Shown: positions 46,624 through 62,370 of the stretch, in pieces | Layout of the letters: every line of letters starts with the position of its first letter | Position numbering within the stretch: the first letter of the stretch is position 1 | Source of the DNA: the human T2T-CHM13v2.0 reference genome, Homo sapiens | Length of the DNA: 64,000 nt | Strand: one strand, 5' to 3' | Assembly (NCBI RefSeq): GCF_009914755.1 | Contig: NC_060929.1 | Translations under genes and position numbers: made by a program | Notes under the pieces: generated by a model | The model's input: only the letters and a program-made list of their open reading frames with translations | The model's database searches: none | Told to the model about the DNA's origin: nothing

Positions 46624-47413
46624 CAGAAACACTTTTTTAAAAATCCCTGTAAGTGTAATACCCCTACCTAACTGGGAATCTAATGCTTGCTATTAATAAA
46701 CATGTTTGATTGTCTTCCTTCCAGGTACTCCATACTACAAGTTCTAAACCTACGTTGTTTTTGTATCTCAGACTCATTCACATAAAACCCAAAATAACTT
46801 TTTAGGTATTCAGACAGACATGAAAAGTGTAATCTCCCTTTCTACCAGAGAAGATTTTTTTCTCATTTGCAAGCTTTTAACTCATAGACACTAATCAATG
46901 GGGTGAAAAGCATGCATCTAATTTTAAAAATTATATTTCTAGTGTTTACCCTTTCTATTAAAAACTCCAATGAGCATTTTTTATAATGTTAAGCCATCTG
47001 CTATTGAATGTTTTGTGTTTTCACAACAAGCCTAAAGACACTAGGATGAATCAGATGTACTGGATCTCAGAAAACTGAAATGGGTAGATTTCTGTATGCC
47101 AAAGTTCATCCTTTCAGCAGGAATTTTGCCTTTCTGTAAATGGGAAGCTGTCTCTGACAATAGTGACTCATAATTTAGCTGTCATGCTCAACCACTTAGA
47201 TGAAAGGCATGAGAAAACTCTAGAACTAGAGCCTTGGGAAGAAAGCCTGCCCAATGTCCATGAAAGAGCTCTTTCTTTCTTAACTTGCAATTTGAAAAAA
47301 ATATATGAATGAATAATAAAATAAGCATTTATACAAATTTTTCTTTCGTTCTATCCTTCTTTCAGTTTTTGTTTGTGATTTGGTAATAAACAAAGCCAAT
47401 GAAACAATGATAG

Positions 47414-47584
47414 GCTGGGTGTGCTGACTCATGCCTATCATCTCAGCTCTTTGGGAGGGCAAGGCAGGAGGATTACTTGAGCCCAGGAGTTCGAGGTTGC
47501 AGCAAGCTATGATTGTGTCACTACACTCCAGCCTGGGCGACAGGGCAAGATCCTGCTTCTTAACACAAACAAACAAACAAAAAT
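47414..47584 (+). mobile_element. Alu monomer (FRAM-like) with (CAAA)n tail
   Basis: Single monomer of about 165 nt with J-type gagcccaggagttcgaggttgcag. Confidence 0.85.
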
Positions 47585-48217
47585 AGGCCTGAGCCATTTC
47601 AAAATTAATAAAATTGTCTAGTTTATCTCAAGGAGGGCAACAAGGTAAATTGTATTCACTCCTGAATACTTAAGCAAACTTTCCACCTCTAAAGGAATAA
47701 CACTTATTAAAACATAAAGGCAGTCCTTGCTGTCAGAAATATTTTGACTTCCAGGTATTTTATTACTTAATTTAAAAAAAAACATTCAGGAGAATTGGCC
47801 ACAGCAATTTTCTATGTTCTTATAATAAATTGCATGATGAATTATTTCATTTGAACTTTTTAGTATAACTATAGTTCATCACCAATTAAGTGAAATAGGA
47901 AACTGAGTTATCAATATTGACATGCTTATTTGATTGACAATACACTTAGAATAAGACCTCCCACAAAATGCATTTCAAAATTGATATAAATGAACCAGAA
48001 ATTCGTCTATGTTGCTTGACAAAAATAGATTTTATCTTTAACAAAATTTCTTTATATATAGCCTTCAGTTGCCATAAGCTTTGCATTTATAGACACATTT
48101 TTATTTTAAACATTTGAATTTTAAATAGGGTTTATGTAAAATCACTCTCACAATTACCTTAAAAGCCAGAATACAGCATTTTACAATTAAACACATTTAT
48201 GCTATAAATATTTCTAA

Positions 48218-49852
<1,635 letters not shown>

Positions 49853-50379
49853 CAGCATTTGCATTATTAGTCTCTGATCCAAATGTCTAATAATTACCAA
49901 ATTTTATGAAAATTAAAGGGTAACTTCTTAAATTTATATTCAAGAGGCAGTTTTCTATTTCAATAATTTCTAATCATATAGAAGAAACATTTTAGAGTTT
50001 TTTTAATATTAGAGAATGGGTTCTTTTTTAAAAAAATCTTAATTCATCATTTACAAATACTTAGAGATATAAATATCTAGAGTCATTATTAACTCAAGAA
50101 AAAGACTTTCAGAGCCTAAGAAGATTAACATCTAGTTCGGACACAATTAATAAAATAAAGCCTAGGTATATTCATTTCTAGGTGCATATTAGGGTGCCAG
50201 GTTCTGCATTGGCTACACATTCCCAAACTGTTTCATTTATTTCTTGAGAGGTGAATGCAAATAAGTCAATGGTTTTTATAACATCTTATTTTGCTCAGCT
50301 GTCAACAAAGATACAAGGTCTCACTATTTACTTGAATTTGAGTGATATCAGAATAACATGTAAACAAAATAGAATGGCA

Positions 50380-51150
50380 TGCTATTGTCATTGACTCTGT
50401 ATTCTAGTCAGGGAGAAAAGTTAAAAAGTAAAAATAATATTTGCAATTATGATACTTAGGATAAAGAAATAAAAATAAGCGACAGAGGTAGAAAAATTAT
50501 AGAATCATATAAATAATTTGTAATTAATATGTAAATCTCTCGGAAGAGGTAACATTTAAGCTGACACCTAATGAATGAGTAGTCCATTAGAGTAGAAGCA
50601 GAACATTCCAGGCAGAAGATAAAACATGCACATTGAACCTGTGTCTGGAAAGGATTTGATGTGGCTAAATAATATAATGATTATGGGCCTAACTCACAAT
50701 ACTTGAGAAGGACAATCATAATAAATTAAGGTGAAAATTAGATTAGGGCTAACTTATGGCATAGTTTGGTGAGCCATGATAAGAACTGACTTCTTAAAAA
50801 TTTTAATGGAAAAACATTAAGGGATTTTAATAGAGATATTAACATAATCTAATGTACATTTTAATGACACTGTTGTTGTTCTGTGGAGTATGTATTTGAG
50901 GGACCAAGGAGTATGTGCAATGACCTGTTAGAACAGTCAACATAATAAATTTTCATATTCTCTGCTAAGATGGTAGTAGCAGAAATTCAAATATATTAAA
51001 AGACATTAGATATGTTTTCTACATATGACAAAAATAATTTTTGATAGGTTGGATTTGAGGATAGGGAAAAATAGAAATAACATGACTTTATAGTTTCTGG
51101 CATAAATAATTAAGTAGATAATGGTGCTATTTAAGACTGTGGTTGGGGTG
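50380..51150 (-). mobile_element. L2 LINE remnant
   Basis: gaggtaacatttaagctgacacctaatgaatgagta...gaacattccaggcagaag; ctaagatggtagtagcaga; gataggttggatttg. Confidence 0.7.
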
Positions 51151-51706
51151 AACATACCTCCTTGTTTATCTGTGACATTCCTAGTTTACACTTTCCCTCT
51201 CTAAAATTTGCCAGTTTAGAGAGTAAATGTATGGTTGATATGGGTTTGGAGGCAGTTAGGCAGGAGTTATCTCTGTATATGATTGAGATCTATGAATACA
51301 TTCAAATGAAGCATCTCAAGTGTTACAATTTTAATACATTTTCAAATAGATATTTAATACATTTTCAAAATGAAGGGTATGAGCTAAATCTTTTGATCAA
51401 ATTTTGGGATAGACATAATCTTTGTTGAAGTTCTTGGGAACTGCCTATTACCTTTCTGTAAAAGAAAAATGACCCGTGAACATATTAAGTTTTATGAAGC
51501 TCTGGGGAAGTGCCAGCTATTTTGTAAACATTTTATATTCTCCCATTTCCTTGATATTTTGAAAACTTTGACTTCTTAACATAAAAATTTAGAAAATCAC
51601 ATTTTTTTCTTCTTTTCCCTGTGCTGATAAGACATGATGTGAAAAAAATAAACAATTCTTAAATTGTAGATCTATTTCATAGCCATGGAACTTCAGGTGT
51701 ACATCC

Positions 51707-52434
51707 TGAGGCAGGATAAATAAGGGTAGAAGGCCATAGTGACTTGTCCCCTTGTGTTAAGCACCATGGACTCCTTTTGCCACAGTGTCCCTTTATTTGC
51801 ACTCTCCTGTTAGCACTGATTCTTTTGCAAGATGAGCTGTCCTGCAGAATACCAACAGACTGCCAGATGGTTCCAAGTTCCTGTTACATAATAAGGCCCA
51901 GGAAAGAGAACAAAAGCCCCTTACTCATGATGTATCTTCCCCAATCTCCAGCCAATCAGCACCAAAAGCCCAAGAAGCTATTAGCTACAAATGCCTGCCT
52001 TGGTGGGGGCCTGGGATGCTGGGTGAAACTAAGGACTTCTCCAGGGTCCTCCGTGTGCAGCCAGGCTCAAGGTTTAGCTTATAGTGACCTTTTCCTCATC
52101 TTAGTAGTAAAAAAAAAGCAACACTAGGTAGAAATTTTATATGCTAATGATACATGTGATGCATGCTAGAGCATGTAGATACTGAGCATGAGTGCCAACT
52201 ACGGGTCCCCTTTGCATACTTTACCTCACCAGTATTTTATGAATATGTGTATATAGCTCCCATAAAGGGAATTCCCTTAGTGCACTAGCGGCTGCCTCTA
52301 GCTTTGAACAATCCACTCTGCCTCTCAGAATTTACTGTCACTTTGCAATAAACTTCTTTACCTACTTTTACTTTGAGCTTGCTCTCAAACTCTTTTGTGC
52401 GGCAAAATTAAGAACTGGAACCTACCCATTGACA
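51707..52434 (+). mobile_element. Apparently complete ERV solo LTR (ERVL-like, MER54/MER73/LTR53 group), about 730 bp
   Basis: TG...CA termini (tgaggcagga...attgaca); CCAAT boxes; TATA-like and AATAAA (near 52348) in LTR order; family uncertain. Confidence 0.75.
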
Positions 52435-52767
52435 ATACCTCAACATATTTTAAGTTTTATTCAATTTATATTACAGTTTATTGAAGTGATTTTCAAACTT
52501 ATGTAAAGTTCGAATGCTAAGAAAAAATTTCAAACTAACAAGAATCTTTTCAGTAACCCAAGGATTCCACAGGTAACTGTTGGAGAAATATTTCTTAAAG
52601 AAACTGACATATGTGTTCCATTAAAAAAAAGTCTCACTGGGAAAAAAAAAAAAAAAAAAACACGGAGATCACAGATCACAGTTCAGGACTGATGAGACAA
52701 ATTTGAGGGTTAGAATACCAGAGAGCAGATCACTATGTACAGAAGAATCTCAAAAAATTTGCATGTG

Positions 52768-54512
52768 CTTTTTGCTTAGTCTTGCTTTGGCTATGCTGGC
52801 TCTTTTTTGGTTCCATATAGATTTTAGAATTTTTTTTTTTTAATTCTGTGAAGAGTGATGGTGGTATTTTGATGGGGATTGCTTTGAATTTGTAGATTGC
52901 TTTTGGCAGTATGGTCATTTTCACAATGTTGAGTCTACCCATCCATGAACATGGAATGTGTTTCCATTGGTTTGTGTTGTCTGTGATTTCTTTCAACAGT
53001 GTTTTGTAGTTTTTCTTGTAGAGGACTTTCCAATCCTTGGTTAGGTATATTCCTAAATATTTTAATTTTTTGCAGCTATTGTAAAAGGGGTTGAGTTCTT
53101 GATGTGATTCTCTGCTTGGTCGCTGTTGGTGTATGTAAGACCTACTGATTTGTGTACATTAACCTTGCATCTGGAAATTTGATCAGTTCTAGGAGCTTTC
53201 TGGAGGAGTCCTTAGGGTTTCCAAGGTATATGATCATATCGTCAGCAAACAGTGACAGTTTGACTTCCTTTTTACCAATTTGGATGCCCTTTGTTTCTTT
53301 CTCTTGTCTGATTGCTCTGGCTAGAACTTCCAGTACTATGCTTTTGAATGGCAAAAGGAACAGTCGGCAGAGTAAACACACAACCCACAGAGTGGGAGAA
53401 AATCTTCACAATCTATACATCTGACAAAGGATGAATATGCAGAATCTACAACTTAAACAAATCAGTAAGAAAAAAGCAAACAAACAATTCCATCAAAAAT
53501 TGGGCTAAGGACATGAATAGACAATTCTCAAAAGAAGATACACAAATGGCCAACAAACATGAAGAAATGCTCGACATCTCTAATGATCAGGAAAATGCAA
53601 ATCAAAACCACAGTGCAATACTACCTTACTCCTGGAAGAATGCCCATAATAAAAAAATCAAAAGACAGTAGATATTGGCGTGGTTGCATTGAAGAGGGAA
53701 CACTTCTACACGCTGGTGGGAATGTAAACTAGTACAGCCACTCTGGAAAACAGTGTGGAGGTTCCTTAAAGAATTAAAAGTAGAACTACCATTTGATCAG
53801 CAATCCCACTACTGGGTATCTACCCAGATGAAAATAAGTCATTATTTAAAAAAGATACTTGCATGCACATGTTTATAGCAGCACAATTCATAACTGCAAA
53901 ATTGTGGAACCAACCCAAATTGCTCATCAATCAATGAGTGGATAAACAAACTGTGATATCTATCTGTCTATCTATCTATCTATCTATCTAGACATAGATA
54001 TCTATCTAGATAGACATAGATACAAAATGGAATATATATATAATGTGATATATAATGGAATATATATAATGTGATATATATAATGGAATATATGATATAT
54101 ATAATGTAATATATATGATAGATATAATGTGATATATATATATGTGTGTATATATATAATGGAATACTATGCAGCCATAAAAAGGAATGAATTAACAGCA
54201 TTTGTAGTGACCTGGATGAGATTGGAGACTATTATTCTAAGTGAAGTAACTCAGGAATGGAAAACCAAACATAGTATATTCTTACTGATATGTGAGAGCT
54301 AAGCTATGAGGACACAAAGGCATAAGAATGATGCAATGGACTTTGGACATTTGGGGGGCAAAGTAGAAGTGGGACGAGGGATAAAAGACTACAAATATGG
54401 TTCAGTATATAGGGCTCTGGTGATAGGTACACCAAAATCTCACAAAACAGCGCTAAAGGACTTACTAACTAACCAGATTCCACCTGTAACCCCATAACTT
54501 ATGGAAAAAAAA
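52768..54512 (+). mobile_element. L1PB (L1PB1-like) with twin-priming 5' inversion (52768-53340 minus; 53341-54512 plus)
   Basis: TSD aaaaaatt(t)gcatgtg on both sides; orientation switch at ccagtactatg|cttttgaatggcaaaagg; L1PB 3' UTR aaggcataagaatgat...gagggataaaagactac. Confidence 0.92.
53955..54165 (+). repeat. (TATC)n plus AT-rich degenerate minisatellite inside the L1PB
   Basis: Recurrent atatataatgtgatatataatggaat units. Confidence 0.88.
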
Positions 54513-54521
54513 TTGCATGTG

Positions 54522-57500
54522 GTCCCCTTGTGTCCCTAGCCAAATTATAAGCTATCTATGTGCAGGATGAGACTCTGGAAAACCTGGAAGAAAATATTCT
54601 AGGCTGTGTCTTAGAAATGTGAGTACTCTAACCCTAGGGAAAGGGCTACTCTGGACCTGCCCCAACCAGGCCTCAAATAAACCTAGACTGAGCAATCTGA
54701 TTGAACTGTAATTTTACTGCCCACAATAAGAAAATTCTAGCATCTTTAAAATTCTACAAGCTAGACTCTAAACAAAGTAGCATTTGAAATATTGAATATT
54801 TCAATTATAAATCACTAGACATGTAAGAATGAGAAAATTGAGACACATAGTGAGACAAAAACTTGTCAATAGGATGAGACAAAGAGATAGATTGGATGGT
54901 GCAATTAGCATTCAAGGAATTTTCCACAGCCTTCATAAAAACACCAAAAATTTCAACAAAAAAGACCCACAAAATGATTGAATAAAAGGGCATTTTCAGG
55001 AAAATAATAGAAACTTTAAGGAACCAAATAAAAATTCTAGAACTAAAAAATAAAATATATAAAATTTCACTAGATAAGATAAACAACAAATTTGATACCA
55101 CAGAATAAAAAATCAGTGAACTTGAAAATAGAGCAATTAAAATTATGCACTGTGAAGAAGGATGAAAAAAGAGAATAGATTGTCAATGACCAGTGGGACA
55201 ATATTAAGTAGTCTAACATGTGTATTTAAAACTCAGACTTACAAGAGAAAAATTGTATAGGAAAAAATGTTTGAAGAAATATACATAAAATTTGACAAAA
55301 TCGAATTTATGCAATTTATTTTGTATTTTAATGTATAAATATCTATTTCATATTTTAAATATGCATAAATGTTAAAAAAATAAATATAAGTTAAAGCACG
55401 TATGAAGATTTGACTATATTAAAATCAGACAGGATAGAGATTTAGAAAATAAAAATGCATAAATATGTAATTGGTAAAATTAAAAAACAAGTAAGTGATA
55501 CAACCTGTAAACACTAAATATAAAAAAAGCTTATTTGCCTTTACTAATACTAGACAAAATACACTTTAAGAAAAATAATATTACCAGAGATAAAAACATA
55601 CATTCCATAAGGATAAAAGCACTTTTTATCAGAAAGATATAATAATCTTAAATGTATATGAAAGTAAAGACAGGTATTCAAAATACAGAAGTAAGCAGAC
55701 AGAAATTAATTTGGAGATTTCAATAACACTCTTCCAGTGATTTCTAAAAGAAATAGATGAAAAATCACTGCAGTTTAAAAACATTGAACAAAATAAACCT
55801 ACCTAACCTTACTGACATAGATCAACACATCATAAAACAACAGAATAGTTATTCTTTATAACTACATATAGAAAATCCACTGGCAGATCATTTGTTGAGC
55901 CATTTAAGAAGTTTCCATATATTGCAATATATTCTGATTTTCAAACATATGTATTTTAATTCTAATTATATTGTTTGATGTCAATAGCAAAAATTCATCT
56001 TTACATTCCCCAAATATTTGAACTTTAAGTAACCTGCCACTAAAGAACTCATGTGTTAAGAAACTAAAAAGGAAAGTACAAAATTTTGAATTGAATGAAG
56101 TTTAAACACAACATGTCAAACTTTGTAAGTTACACAAAAGTAGTGGCTGGAGAAAATTTTTGTATTAGATTATAAGAATGGTTTGAAATCAATCATGCAT
56201 GTTCCACCCTAAAAAGCCAATAAAATTTGGCAAAATCTTTAATGCAAAACAGCAAAAAAATTACTGTGTTTTAGCACACAGCTAAAACAAAGCACTTAGA
56301 GGATATAAATAATAAAATAGTAAGTGTGGCCATCAAGAAAATAGCAAATGAACAAATAGAAGATATAAAAGAAAAAATGTTATTTAAAAAGATGTAAGCA
56401 ATTTTATAAGCCATTAATATGAATTAGACAAAAAGAGGGAAAAATTAACAGTACAGGCAATGAAAGAGAAAAGGACGTCACTTCAGAAAAGGACGTCACT
56501 TCAGATTGTTACAAGCTTAACAAAGGATTATATCAGAGATTTATGTCAAAGATTTGACATCTTGGATAAAATGGAAAATTTCCTTGAAAGACATTATTAC
56601 CAGATTGACACAAGAAATAGATCAGGTGAAGTCTTTACCTTATAAAACAATCTTGAGAAAGAATGATATTGGGAAAATTATGCTATCTGATTTCGGGACT
56701 TACTCTAAAGCTATGGGAATCAAGACAGTCTTGTAATAGCATAAGCACAGATAAATGGTTCCCTGAAAGATATAAGAAATAGACTCATACTGTCATTCAA
56801 TTTTTAACAGATACATGGAAGAAATTTAACGGTTCAAGAACATTTTTTCAATAAACACTGGTAGAACAGCTTCATATCCATGTGGAAAAAGTAAATTTGT
56901 TGCTACCTTGAAATATACTGTAAAAATTAATTTGAGATGAATCATATACCTAAATATTAAACTAAAGTTATAAAGTTTATAGAATACAACATTATGACTG
57001 TATCTTCATAACATAGTTGTGAATATTTCTTAAAAAGACCACAGAAGGCAAACTTAAAAAAAATTCTAAATTGTTTTTCAACAAAAATAGTAAAAATTTA
57101 TCTCATCAAAAGTACAGTTTAGAAGTGAATAGGTAAATTATAGAAATAATATAATATATTTATGTAATGAAAAACCTATCTACATAATATATGTAGAACC
57201 CCTACAACTTAATAAGACAAATAAAAACAACAAAAATACTTAAAAAAGTTTAAGAAGTACTTTACAAAATATGATATAGAAATGAACAAATGTTAAATAA
57301 GCATCTGAAAAATGATCCATGTCAATAGTCATCGGGGTCATGCCAATTAAAACTACAATGAAATATTACAGGCTTGCCAGAATGGATAGTTCTAAAAAGA
57401 CTGACATCACCAGATGTTAGCATCTATACGGTACAACCAATGGGAGTGTAAAATAGTATAAAATCTTTGATAACTGGCTTTGAATTTTTTAATAAAGTTA

Positions 57501-58030
57501 TACATAAACCTACCCTATGACCCAGGAATTCCATTTCAATTAACTCAGGATAATACAACATACATCAACAAATAGATTATGTGGATGTTCATATGAAGCT
57601 TAATATTCATAATAGGCAAAGCTTGAAACATATCAATTATCTTTTGAAAAGAAAGAAATTTAGAAAAATAAGTATTATGCAATGTCAGTAAAAAGGAATA
57701 AACAACAAATGTACCCAAAAACATGTTTAAACTTCAAAAAAATATTTTACAAGAAACCAGATTCAAGTGCATGTATTTATGATTCTATGAATACATTTAT
57801 GTGAATGAATTTCTCGAATAACATGAAAACTAGTCACCTGTGTTAGTGGCCTCTACTTGAGGGTGACCAGGTTTGACTGGGAAGGAGCCGGAAGAACTTT
57901 CTGGAAAGATAAAAATTTTCTATCTCTTCATAAGGTTGTAGATAACATCCGTGTACACATATATTTATTTGTCAAAACATTTCAAACTGTACACATATCT
58001 GTGCATTTTTAATCTTTGTAAATTATATAA
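54522..58030 (+). mobile_element. Old L1M with internal deletions (5' region, ORF1, ORF2 pieces, 3' UTR)
   Basis: A-rich; aatcagtgaacttgaaaataga (ORF1), ggagatttcaataacactct (EN region), ctaccctatgacccaggaattcca (ORF2 end). Confidence 0.75.
56467..56505 (+). repeat. 18-bp perfect tandem duplication (agaaaaggacgtcacttc x2)
   Basis: Read directly. Confidence 0.95.
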
Positions 58031-58351
58031 AACTTCTTATGGGAAGATTTAGCTATCCTCCTAGTATATTTTGTGAGTACATGCTTTCTTTCTTCCTTTT
58101 CCTTAAGAAAGAAATAAAAATCTATTTATTTGTATTTTTTAGGGACAGAGGACTTTAGGGACAGGAATATTATATTAACAGCTAACATAGTAGATAAATG
58201 ATACACCTTTATCGAAATAATAATTTGATTTAATTAGAAATTTCAGAAAGCATTACTTCATACCAAAATACGAAAGCATTACTTTCCATTGTTGATTCCA
58301 ACAATGGAAATCTCAGGCAGCATGCAAAGGATGTAAGTGGATGGGAAGAAA

Positions 58352-58565
58352 ATGGTGGTTTGCTGAAGTCAGCTAGAACTGGCTTGGGAGAAGCTGTTAT
58401 CCACATTCTATCCCAACTACTCATTTTGTGACTTCACTTTGGAAGCTTTAAATTGCCAGAGTGGGAGTATTCACATAATGGAAAATGGAAAATATTACCA
58501 ATCAGAGCTGCTGCTCACTCACCCAATGACCCTCTTTGGAGAGTCTGCTTACCAGAACACTACTG
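58352..58565 (+). mobile_element. MER63-like hAT DNA transposon
   Basis: tggtggtttgctg...gtgggagtattcac...aatcagagc...ttaccagaacactactg with TIR-like ends. Confidence 0.65.
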
Positions 58566-60593
58566 AAAGTGAAATTGTCTTGCTCTATCTTATGTCACAA
58601 CAGTTATACAGTAATTTATCAGATTTCACACATTCAGGAGAATAACTAGAGTAGTTAATGTCTTTGGAAAATACAAATATCATGTAGATAATGTCTAAAG
58701 ATAGTATCATATAAGTTTACACAGGATAATAAGAATACCAAAATTTACAAAAAAAAAAAAAAATTACCCAACTATGAACTATAAAGCCAAAGTGAAAAAG
58801 AATTTTTAAACCAGTACAGTGGCCGAATAACAAAGAGCAATACTATTATAACAACAATAACATCAATGACAACAAAAAAGTGAAATAGTTTGAGGGTTAG
58901 GCAGAACCCTGATGTGGGCAATCATGGGAAAGAGCTTGAATCTTAGAGAAAAACTTTAATAAAACTTCAGATTTAAGCTAATCAGGTTTACCCTCACTTA
59001 GAGCAGAACACACTTGAAAGAATTATTTTTCAGTACATAGAAAAGGGCATAGAAAAATGATATATCTTTGATAAGCTTTCAGAAAATCAAAGTAGGCCCT
59101 CAAAACTCATCTGAGTATCAAATTTGCTTTAAATTTTGATGGGCTCATCTCTCTGTGGCCTAAAGCAACTCAATAAAAAAAAAGATAATGTAATGCTGCT
59201 GAACAATATGAAAACACAATCCTAGCAGGTAGATCACATTTGAAGTCATTCAATATTTGAGGTTGAATTTCTGGCATCATAAGAAAGTATGATTTATGGT
59301 CACCAATGGAATAGAAGATTCTTAAATTTACCAGTTTTTGTCCTTATGAATTGTCAAGATTCTCAAGTTTACTAGTTTTGTTTTTAAGAATAACATCTCA
59401 CTGGAAAATTCCAACTCATTATATAAAATTTTTATTTTTAAAAATTATATAAATAATACACTAGAAATACAGTTTCAATTTTTAAATTTTATAATTTTTC
59501 ATAGGAAAATCCTAAACCTATTCTGATACATTAATACACTTTCTACATTATCCATTCTTGCTCCCAAACAATATGATTCACAAATCATCAACAGCCTCAT
59601 AAATAGGAAATAAAGATGTACCTAACATTATGAGATAACATCTTAGCGTTAGCCACTCTTTTAGCGTAAATGTTTGAGAAAATTAATGTTTGTTTTGAAA
59701 GGTTTTTTAAAATAATGCATATTGGTTATCACTGAAAAATTCCTTTTGATGTCAAATTACATTTTTTTTTTACTAGAAAGTACCCTTTCCATAAAAATAA
59801 GATAATTAAGACATGTTTATAAAGTAACATTTTTTCCTTAACTGAAACATTGATTTAGAGGTTAAAGAGATCTGGTCTACCTCATTTATACCAAGGACTA
59901 CTTATAGATTTTTTACATGAGAAAAGGAAATAACAATATTCTACAATCCAGCAGGTTTATGTTTCACTCTGTCTCTCATTTCTCAGACGAAAGGATGACT
60001 GAGATTACTGAAATTTATCTGAGAGTTGTGAAAAAATGGAGGGAGAAAACCCTAGAGTATTAAGGAATATCTCATTTGACTATGAGACTAATTTCAGAAT
60101 TATTATAAGATATTCATCTTCTGTTTTTATTCTTAATTTCAAGCATCATCTGACCAATTTAAATTACGTAAAGAGGAGACACCAAGTGACAATCATGCAA
60201 TTTACTACCCAAATAGAACTTGAGGCTAAGAAGAAGGCCGCAGTTTCCCTAGAGTCAGTTTTCCTGTCCCCAAGTGCATGACCAATCGAACCACCTAAAA
60301 TATCTCACATAGGGTTAAAGTACCATCTCCTAGATGTTAAATATAAGTTATTTCATTTATTGATTTATTTAAGTAATCAACAAATTTTTATTAAACAATG
60401 TTTATGTACTCATCAACATTGTGTAGATAAATAACAGAATCTTCCTACAAGAATCATGAGCTTCAAACTTAATAACAGCTGCAGTATTCAACAGACTGTC
60501 TTTCAATTAATTAGCTGGGAAAACATGGACAGCTTACATGGTCAAATGAAAAATCATAAAGGTATCATATTTAAAGTTACTGTAGCACTATGA

Positions 60594-60968
<375 letters not shown>

Positions 60969-61076
60969 AAATTTGAGATTTTGTAGGAGAGAGATAATAA
61001 ATATAGTTTCTACCTTCAAAAATCTTACATTGTAGAATTAATTTTTTTTGTAGAAAAGAGATGATACATACTAAAG

Positions 61077-61077
61077 T

Positions 61078-61116
<39 letters not shown>

Positions 61117-61119
61117 TTT
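61077..61119 (+). repeat. (TTTA)n tetranucleotide repeat, about 10 units
   Basis: Read directly. Confidence 0.95.
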
Positions 61120-61527
61120 GACATTCAGTTAAAACTAGCTTGAGTCCTTATACTAACATCCCTGAAAATTATTTGGGTGTAGGATGGAGACGCTGGCACG
61201 TTTCTTAGTCATTTCTGATTCCAGTTTTATCTGAACTTCTTAGTTATTATTTCATATTGCTTCCGTTTTCATTTTTTTCTCTTCAAATTGATCATGTGTG
61301 GACCACAAACCATTTTCTTTACATGTCTCCAAACTCCATTAACATACTAAAAGTATTTCAGGTAAAGCAAAAGAAAGAAGGGAACGCATATAGACCAATA
61401 CTCCTTTGCAGTTCCCATCTGAATCAAGTTACTGAAAAGAAGAAAAGAGGCCATGAAAATAGATAAGTTCACTGATTCATGTTAAGAGTGAATAGAGTTC
61501 AACATGTTTATAAAGACCTACTTGACA

Positions 61528-61688
61528 TTTTTCTCTTTTTATTTATTCTTTTCTTCTTATTTCTTCTTCTTCCTCTTTTTATTATTTTTTTTTAATTATA
61601 GACAAAGTTTCATTATGTTGCCCAGGCTGGAGTGCAGTGGCTATTCACAAGCACATCCCACTACTGATCAGCATGAGTGGTTTTCAAC
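61528..61688 (-). pseudogene. 5'-truncated 7SL (RN7SL) retrocopy with decayed polyA tail
   Basis: Reverse complement gctgatcagtagtgggatgtgcttgtgaatagccactgcactccagcctgggcaacata matches the recalled 7SL RNA 3' part, including sequence absent from dimeric Alu; T-rich tail 61528-61598. Confidence 0.85.
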
Positions 61689-62149
61689 AGTTTTGTAGAC
61701 AAATAATATTGGCTTAGCAGTTAGGTAGCAAGCAGTATAAAAACTACTATTGGAAGATAGGAAGATGGTGATTCATAATACATATTGTTAATCCATTGCA
61801 AAACACTTAACAAAATATTTGAACTGTGATATTTTGGATGGCAGATAATTAGGATGATCATATTTCAGCTTGCTTAAATGACATATACTCATAATGGTTC
61901 ATAAAATATATATCAATCAGAATGTAAATTAAGCAGCATTTATTGGATACAAACTTGGAACAATGACTTGTGTCCTTCTAGACATTAGATTAAAGTCCCC
62001 CGAAAATTAAAGTCTATGTTCTAATGAGTTTATAAATAGTAAGAAAGAGCTACATAGTGGTCTGCACAAAGCATAATGGATGCATATATGTAGGTTTATC
62101 AGTTTCAAGCAAAAAGTTGAATAGATTTTGTGAGTCTCATTGGAAGTAT

Positions 62150-62370
62150 TCATTGGCATTTACAGTTCTTTTCCTGTGGTGGGGGCACATGGCAGGATTT
62201 CATTTGTCTAATCTCATCTTTTGAAGTTATGTGTGGCCATGTGACTTACTTTGCCAATGAAATGTAAAGACAATGATATACGTAATTTCCTGATAGGGGC
62301 TTTTTTCCATCTAGCATGTGACTCATCATGCTTCATCTCCCTTGTTCGAGTAAACATGGAAGCCAATTTT
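62150..62370 (+). mobile_element. Old MLT1 LTR, 5' part
   Basis: ttgaagttatgtgtggccatgtgacttactttgccaatgaaatgt. Confidence 0.7.
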
